The notes under the pieces are model-generated. The model had not been told where the DNA came from. It searched no databases and saw only the letters and a program-made list of their open reading frames with translations. The position numbers and the translations under genes are program-made. A stretch of DNA of 63,972 nucleotides, filler included, from Stramenopiles sp. TOSAG23-2 (lineage: Eukaryota): assembly GCA_900128395.1 (NCBI GenBank). It is 3 parts of 3 records of this genome, joined end to end, with 100 filler letters (N's around TTAATTAATTAA, not from the genome) between each part and the next. Parts side by side here need not be neighbours in the genome. Positions count along the whole stretch, not along the records: positions 45,668 to 63,972 come from LT649608.1; 2 more parts are not named here. One strand, written 5' to 3'. Each line of letters starts with the position of its first letter. Position 1 is the first letter of the stretch. Below are positions 56,706 through 63,972 of this stretch, piece after piece.

Positions 56706-58681
56706 CCCATAACTCTAAGAATCTCCCACGTTTATATTTTTTGCCATCTTTATTCAAAAATCCACGTGGTAACATGCGTTCTACTAACATTTGTAAAAAA
56801 TCATCAGGTTTTGTTTGAGTCCTTCTTGCAGCATGTTCTGGTCCATGTTGGATAGGTAACATAACAGAATCTTCTGTCCTTTGATGCCGTAATTCCAATT
56901 TCTCATGAGCATGTCTACCACCTGCTGTTATATGTCCTTTTCTAAATATCAATAAAGTTTCATGTGAATCGCGAAAATATGGACTACCACCATAACTAAA
57001 ATCATTTGAAGGTTTCTCTTTTAACCAGCATAAATTTTCGACATAATATAAATTATGGGTTTCCAGTGCCTTAACAACACGACCAATTTGTTGCTTTTTA
57101 ACCCAAATAAACACAATACCTGTTGGCATCAATTTTTCGGTTAACTTTAAGTTAACTAAATCTTCAGGCACAACTGATCCATTTCGATGTGGTAAATTTG
57201 GAATACCATTGCGATTTTTCACATTTGATTCATTCTCTTCGTCATCGACTACAGCAGTGATTGTATCTTTTACGTCCACTTTCCATGGTGGATCCATTGT
57301 AATGCCAATAAAAGTGAAATCTTCCTTCTCATCTTCCTTCTCGCCATCTTTTTCCTCGGTATCTTTTTCCTCGGTATCTTTTTCCTCAGTATCTTCTGTA
57401 TCCGGCACATTATTGAACGTCGGAGAAGATGGCAAAACTGTTTCCAAATCAAAATCTATGATAGATTCAACTTTATGAAAATTCATATTGTTACTTTCAT
57501 CGGCATCATTTGCTAATTTGGGTCCTACATCCTCATCGCGTTTTCTTTTTGAAGATGGTGATTTACTATTTTTACTACTACTATTTTTCGAGGTACTTGC
57601 CAATTCCTCTTTCGATTTCAAAAAAACTGACTGTGGAACATATGGTAATATCGTTTTCGCCCATGATCGTGGCACAGATGGATCTTCAGGATATTTTCGA
57701 TCAGCTACTTTTAAGTTAGGTACTTTCATGTATACAATCGCATTTGGATCGACCCACCTGGTTTTTTTAATTGCTGTAACAAATCNNNNNNNNNNNNNNN
57801 NNNNNNNNNNNNNNNNNNNNNNNNNNNNNNNNNNNNNNNNNTCCTCTAGCATCTGATACAAATGCAATTTTAGTAACTCCACTGAAACCCAGTTCACCAG
57901 GTAAACGATTTGAATAATCTCTACGTCCTTTGCGCTCGCGTTTAGCTCGAGCCTTTTTTATTTTAATCTTTTTACGCCTTTTTTTATTTTTATGTTTACC
58001 GTCATAAATATCATCCCAAAATGCATCTTCATCTTGGCCACCAGCCCAAAAATATTGACCTTCATCCTCATCATGTAACTCCAACAACTCAGCTGCATTT
58101 TCCCAACCCATATCAGCTGCTGACAGACCAGACATTGCAGCAAGATCGTCCATCTCATTTGCTTTGACAGCAGATTGGACAGTGAAATTTGATGTTTTCT
58201 GAAAAATTTCCTCCAATTGCTCAGTCGTCAATTCCTCGCCATTGTTATTATTGCTGCCACTGGTTTTACTAGCACCACCATCCATATCACCACTTTCACC
58301 TTCCTGCTGCTGTTGTTCACGAAATTGTTGTTTTACTTCTTCCAATTTTTGAAATTTTTTCATAATCATATCAACCGTCTCGCCCTCTTCAACATATCCA
58401 ACATAATGTGACATAGATGGTTGCGAAAAATTACTTTCGACTTCGCCTAAATCTTGTAAACGAGTCATTGCTTTTCGCGCTGCTGAACGTCTAGGGCGTC
58501 TTGATACTGGTGCAGCGGTTTTTGCATACGAACCGCTGAAACTTGCATCCTCATTTTTTCGCTTTCCACGTCCTTTTTTCTTCTTTTTTGTATTTGTAGC
58601 TTTAGCATCATTGCCATTGGCTGTTTCAGCTGTTGTTTCAGTTGCTGGTTCTGTGGGAGTAGTAGTCGTCAATGATGTCAT
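56602..58681 (-). CDS. MT-A70 family adenine methyltransferase-like protein (MTA9/AMT6-7-like), spanning the N-gap at 57786-57841
   Basis: ITMDPPW, GIVFIWV, YVENLCW, SHETLLIFRK, LELRHQR and LELWA...GW motifs. The upstream ORF 57767-58681 on the same strand is the probable N-terminus. Confidence 0.8.
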
Positions 58682-59253
58682 ACTATATTTCTTATTCCAG
58701 GTTTATTATTGAGAAACGAAATAGATAAATGATAATATATTTATAATTATTTACTTTCTAGTTGTTTGTTGTATATATAGATATAGATATATCTTGTTGT
58801 ATACATGTACATTTTTATTATCCTGTGTACAGTAGTGGTATTTATATATGTATTGCCTTGTTGCCCTTATTATATTTTTGAATTTCAAATAATAATGTGC
58901 AAAATATCGCGCCGCTTTTGTCGTTTAGTAAAACATTTACAACACTGGGAACATTTTGTACTAGTACAGCTTTTATACTAATGTAAATCAATGGTGTATA
59001 CCTAGTAATTATAACAAAGATCGGTCCAGATGAGTCACATTAACATTAACATTGCAACAGTTGCAACACGGCCCAGCTGGGGTGCAAAGATATATATAAT
59101 ATACCGAAAAAGTGCTATTGATGCAGCTCACATAGATATAGATAAAAGAAGGAAGAAATATATAAATATATATATACACACACAGAGACAGAGAGAGAGA
59201 GAGAGAGAGTAAAACAACACACATACAAAAGACTATAATATAGGATAAATATT

Positions 59254-59886
59254 ATGGGAAACAAATCATCAAAAGGGAAAAATAAAAATAAGTTGGCAAA
59301 AAAATTATTAACTGAATTAACGAAAACAACTAATTTTAAAAAAGATGAAGTAAAATTATTATGGGATCATTTTTGTATGATATCACAAAGTGGAAATAAA
59401 GATTTATTAATTGATTTGAAAGAGTTTAAACAAGCGGTTGGCTTTCGCGGCTCGAAATATGTATCTAGAATGTTTCAGTTGTTCGATGCGGACTCAGATG
59501 GCACAATTGATTTTAAAGAATTTGTAAGAGCATTATCAACTTTAAGTGACCGTGGTACGATTGATGAGAAACTAGCGTTATCTTTCTTAATTTATGATGC
59601 AGACGGCGATGGTAAAATATCACGTGTTGAATTATCAGAAATTTTTAAAGCATGTTTAACAGAAAATGATTTAAAGTTGAGCGATGCGCAAGTAGATGGA
59701 TGTGTTAATTTCACATTTAAAAACTTAAAAACAGCTGATGAAAATTACATTACACAAGATGAATATAATAATTTCGTCAAATCAAGCAATGAAGCACATG
59801 GCCATCATTTACTTTCACAAATGTCATTTAATGTTGGCAAACGTATTGAAGCATTACAAGCGATGAAAAAGCATCGGGTGAAATAA
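59254..59886 (+). CDS. Calcineurin B-like / NCS-type EF-hand calcium sensor
   Basis: MGNKSS myristoylation motif; EF loops DADSDGTIDFKEF and DADGDGKISRVEL. Confidence 0.88.
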   Translation: MGNKSSKGKNKNKLAKKLLTELTKTTNFKKDEVKLLWDHFCMISQSGNKDLLIDLKEFKQAVGFRGSKYVSRMFQLFDADSDGTIDFKEFVRALSTLSDRGTIDEKLALSFLIYDADGDGKISRVELSEIFKACLTENDLKLSDAQVDGCVNFTFKNLKTADENYITQDEYNNFVKSSNEAHGHHLLSQMSFNVGKRIEALQAMKKHRVK

Positions 59887-60586
59887 GTAAATAGAATATA
59901 ATTAATGGGAGTGGAGAGGATAGTGGTATATGGAAATATTTTTCTATAAATATTCATAATATTAAATTGTTGTTGTATAAAAGTTCTAGTGCGGTCTAGT
60001 GTGACGCATTTATAAAAAATAATACGAGTAAAATAAAAAATACGAGGATATTAATACTACATGTATACAAAATAGAGTATTAGAGTTGCTATATTTGTTT
60101 AACAATTTTATAGTGCTATATGATTATATAATAAAATTTGTGCCGATATGTGCATAGACCGAGTATTAATAGTATTATACGACGAGACATGAAACATTGC
60201 AAAAGGCAGATTCACACAATGATGTGGTGTATCCTTAAAAAGTCAAGAAGTCGGTACATTCTGTATTAATAATACGCGGTATAAATAACTCTGTGAACAC
60301 ATTTTTATTTACCACCCATGAATATGTACATCATTTCATCATTTGTAAATTTATTAAATTACGAATACTGACACGGTGATTGTAATTATAAATATATTAT
60401 TGTGCGAGACGTATATATTTTTATTATTATAATTAAATACTCTCTTTCTTTTCTTTTTTAATATATACGAGTAATAATCAAAAATAGTACAAAGTTCGTA
60501 TTTTATATTTTTTATATATGCATATAATATATAAAAATCAAAAATTAATTAATATTTGATCTATTTTTAAATACATTTATTTCACA

Positions 60587-61308
60587 ATGTCGTCCAACAT
60601 AGCAAAACGCAAATCGAAATCGGTAAAAAAACTCCATCATCATCATCGTATGAAACCAAAAAGGAAAAAAAAAAGAAAAGAAAAGATATTGAAGCGTATT
60701 GGTCTCCAAGTGATGAAGATGATTATGAAGATGATTCTCGTGGGAATAATTATACATATCAAGATAAAATGGCCAAAGATATTCTTGCTTATCAATTGAA
60801 ACGGGATGATGGGAAATATAGAAATTACAATAGAGATAAATATGTAGGCAATTACTTTCCATTTGATGATAATAATACCGAAACATCATCGAAAAACAAT
60901 AATGTTGAAGAAATATCAATTTGTAAATTGTTTTGCATCAGCATTATGATAGCATCATTAATAGTGACACTTATGATGCCACATCCATCGTGTAAAGTGA
61001 GGAGTATTTTAGACGAACAATGGCCAAATATATTTAATGGGATATCTCAAACAAAACGTTCAATAATGTTAGATAAAGTAGGTAAAATAGAAGATTTTAA
61101 CCATGATATGTTATCTATTATTGTTAAAATATTTGGAATAAATGTATTGACGAAGATGAAACAGCAAAATAAGACGTTTGATATGTTACCATTGAACCAT
61201 AGCAGCAAAGCAACTACTTTTTTCACAAATAATGCTGTTCAAAGCGTTAATGCCATAGAATTGGTGAAAGATCGTTTCAAGGCAGATTGGAAATTGCTAG
61301 AATATTAA
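60587..61308 (+). CDS. Hypothetical single-TM protein; probable homopolymer frameshift near 60666-60674 joining ORFs 60587 and 60769
   Basis: After the A-run the second frame reads KDIEAYWSPSDEDDYEDD... continuously into the 179-aa ORF. Confidence 0.5.
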
Positions 61309-61481
61309 AAAAAAGGAGAGAGAGAGAATATTAATTGAGAGTTCGAGTACAAAAAATTAATTAATTAAATTTTTTTTTAAAAATATTCCAGTAGAAGAAG
61401 ACACAACAAAAGGAGCACAAATTTTGATGCGCAACTCGCTTTTAAAGTCTTGTTTTGCCTCCTCTTTTTTTTGTTCTTTCA

Positions 61482-63941
61482 TTAATAACTATCCTCATCC
61501 GCAACGACACCTTGCACACCTTGAATAACATCAAACATTAATGTGCGTGTCAATGGTGGATAAGGCTCTGTTTCATAATAATATGGGGAAATTCCTAATT
61601 TATACATACCCCAATGTAGCATTTTTTGTAATTTTGTATATTTTAACAAACGTGGCTTATCTGCATTATGGCGAACGACACTAAAAGCGACGCTCACTGG
61701 ATGATTATACTTTTCTCCAATCGAAAATATCTTTGGTCGGCCATATTCTAATACTTCATCAGGATGCAATAATTTTCGATCCATGCCATTTCTTATTTTA
61801 CCTTTTGCATCATAAAATTGGCGTTTCGACGCTTTTGTACAACCAATATATGGCATCTTCAAATCTAGATTCAATGACCCACTATTTATTTCATCAACTG
61901 TTCCAAATGCATGCAAAATTTCACTTGGACAGGTAACAGCAGGTTTCGAGCGGAAATATACGTGAACATATCCTTTTGCATCAACATGCAATGTTGGTTC
62001 ACCATAACTTTGGTTAGCATATTTTGATTGTAGCAAAATACCATCTTTACCAATGCGGTGAAACGGTTCTTTTCTCCAGTCCGTAGTACTTGCAATGCCA
62101 ATTTTTGATTCGTGTTCCTTGCCTTTTTTCCAACCTCGATATAGTAAGATAATTGAACCATTATTAAGTAATGTTAAACTTGGATCGCCAATGTATTGAT
62201 CCCAGAAATCACCGCTTTCATCGTGACGACTTTTAAAAATGCCTTCAAATTTTGTCCAATTAGTGGTACCATTTACACCATCAATATTTGATGATGTATA
62301 CAAGTCAAATTGTTGTCCTTGTTTACTAGTTCTGTAATTATGGTTCGCATCACTGTAATCAAGAGGGTGCCCATACGATTTTAATTCGCTAGGACCAATC
62401 CTTTCATCTCCATTTACATCTATATTTGCACGGATTGTACAACGTTTTGTAGATGCGCTATAAACACACCCAACGTTATCGCATGCCATTGTCTGCGCTT
62501 TATTGTCATTCTGTTTATTTGGCGATGTATCTTCATCCTGTAATTTTTCCTCATCTGATAAAATTACATTCATAGAACCGACTACTTCCTTGAACGATTT
62601 GAGCACATCAGTTAAAGGATAATTGTTGCAAAAAGTAAGGTTTCGTGTCATACCATCATTAGCATATACACTAGCAACAACAATGTGTTGGTCTGCACGT
62701 ATGCGTAATACATCAGAAGATGGATGACCAGGTGGTAAAAAGGTATAATTCATTCGTTCAAAAGGCCCGATAGGGCCAACATCTGATACGGTATGTACCA
62801 ATCCTGCACAATCATAAAATGTTCCTTTACAATTTTTATCAAACTCATGAATAAATTGATGATACAAACAAGTTTTATCTTGATTATTACTATCATCAAT
62901 GTACGTATTGCAAGTCTTTATAAGTGATGAGCCCCAAGTTGCTTGGGATGGATATATGATCGATGCATCTTCAATCTTCGACATAATTGCTTGCCTTTTA
63001 ACAACAAATGACATTGACCATAATATTATTACTTTTGCTAATGTGCCCCATGTGAAGGATACATTGATAAATTTGTTTTTGTCATCATCATCATCATCAT
63101 CATCATCTGTATTGTTTTTTCCCCTTTCATCCTCATTTAAAGTTTTGTAATAATACGCGTCAGTTAAAAATTGAAACCATAATTCTTCCGATTGACTCCA
63201 TAATTCTATACCATATTCATGCAAATAGTTCAAATCAATATTATAGCGTGAAACAATCTCGTCAAATTTTGGTTCCAATTCTGGTTTTAAAATTATTTTC
63301 CAATAATATTCATATCCATTCTCGTAAATATACGCCTTGCTATATTGTAAACCTGGTACAATAACTATCGTATATAGGAAGTCGAGCAATTGATTGAATT
63401 TATCGTTCACATATAAAGTTAATGAAATTTTATTCCTTCCATTATTCAATTTACTATTGTGAAATATTTGTATACTAATGCATTTAAATAACATGAGGGT
63501 AGATATCATTGATATTATGAAAGTGAAAATGACAAATTCATTGGACAAAGAACGAACGATAACTGCTTTTGTTTCATTTACACCACGCACTGGATCGATT
63601 GCTGTCAATTCTTTACCAATGTGAACACTCGTGCATCGACGTCCAGTCATATATCCACGACAAACGCATTCGCCTAATTTAACAGAATAATTCTTCTCTA
63701 GCACAGCAGTGAAATGATATTTCTTCTTCTTTGAACTTTTTAGAGTTGGAATTGTATCGGGGTATTCATGTAAATGTGGACGTCGTAATGTAAGATTGAC
63801 AATCGTTTTTTTCATAAACAATTTAACAACATCTTTGACTTTTGATGTATTTGTAATAGTAACATTGCCAACCATTTTAATTTGATCATATTTATTTATT
63901 AAACCAACTCGACTTGCCGCTGTATTATTAAATACTTTCAA
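61482..63941 (-). CDS. Large membrane protein: partial PDZ-like and EGF-like N-terminus, TM segments, C-terminal GH32/43-like beta-propeller-type region (5' incomplete)
   Basis: AASRVGLINKYDQIKMVG...VNLTLRR (PDZ-like); CVCRGYMTGRRC (EGF-like); YIGDPSL, YGEPTL and YGRPKI blade-like motifs. Confidence 0.55.
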   Translation of the reverse strand: MKVFNNTAASRVGLINKYDQIKMVGNVTITNTSKVKDVVKLFMKKTIVNLTLRRPHLHEYPDTIPTLKSSKKKKYHFTAVLEKNYSVKLGECVCRGYMTGRRCTSVHIGKELTAIDPVRGVNETKAVIVRSLSNEFVIFTFIISMISTLMLFKCISIQIFHNSKLNNGRNKISLTLYVNDKFNQLLDFLYTIVIVPGLQYSKAYIYENGYEYYWKIILKPELEPKFDEIVSRYNIDLNYLHEYGIELWSQSEELWFQFLTDAYYYKTLNEDERGKNNTDDDDDDDDDKNKFINVSFTWGTLAKVIILWSMSFVVKRQAIMSKIEDASIIYPSQATWGSSLIKTCNTYIDDSNNQDKTCLYHQFIHEFDKNCKGTFYDCAGLVHTVSDVGPIGPFERMNYTFLPPGHPSSDVLRIRADQHIVVASVYANDGMTRNLTFCNNYPLTDVLKSFKEVVGSMNVILSDEEKLQDEDTSPNKQNDNKAQTMACDNVGCVYSASTKRCTIRANIDVNGDERIGPSELKSYGHPLDYSDANHNYRTSKQGQQFDLYTSSNIDGVNGTTNWTKFEGIFKSRHDESGDFWDQYIGDPSLTLLNNGSIILLYRGWKKGKEHESKIGIASTTDWRKEPFHRIGKDGILLQSKYANQSYGEPTLHVDAKGYVHVYFRSKPAVTCPSEILHAFGTVDEINSGSLNLDLKMPYIGCTKASKRQFYDAKGKIRNGMDRKLLHPDEVLEYGRPKIFSIGEKYNHPVSVAFSVVRHNADKPRLLKYTKLQKMLHWGMYKLGISPYYYETEPYPPLTRTLMFDVIQGVQGVVADEDSY

Positions 63942-63972
63942 AATATGTACAAAAGCGTCGAAACGCCAAATT

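Noticed and set aside
60666-60674. Possible programmed frameshift at an A-run
   Set aside because: A homopolymer indel error in a draft assembly is the simpler explanation; no downstream stimulatory structure seen.
63946-63969. 24-bp inverted copy of 61818-61841 at the window end
   Set aside because: Truncates the ORF at its 5' end and copies its own coding sequence. Consistent with an inverted amplification chimera, not terminal inverted repeats of a transposon.

Overview
AT-rich, gene-dense eukaryotic nuclear DNA from a flagellated protist (CEP164 present; the gene mix suggests a stramenopile, which is inference). It carries about 33 mostly intronless protein genes and four mRNA introns that can be reconstructed by eye (GTA(A/G)GT...CTAAC...YAG). 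The window is a draft assembly: two N-gaps hold a TTAATTAATTAA contig linker, and there are several 90-130 bp exact tandem duplications and probable inverted chimeric joins. The standout is at 6689-6908. A fully paired 74-nt tRNA-Arg(UCU) cloverleaf appears only after removing two GT-AG introns at positions 8/9 and 48/49. Both have spliceosomal-type donor and acceptor sites and a branch-like motif, rather than being the TSEN-type intron at 37/38. Secondary observations: a candidate C/D snoRNA in the lpxD intron, a run of PTS1-bearing oxidoreductases, a SelO protein with a signal peptide and EGF-like module, an MTA9/AMT6-7-like MT-A70 protein that keeps DPPW, and recurrent intergenic motifs.
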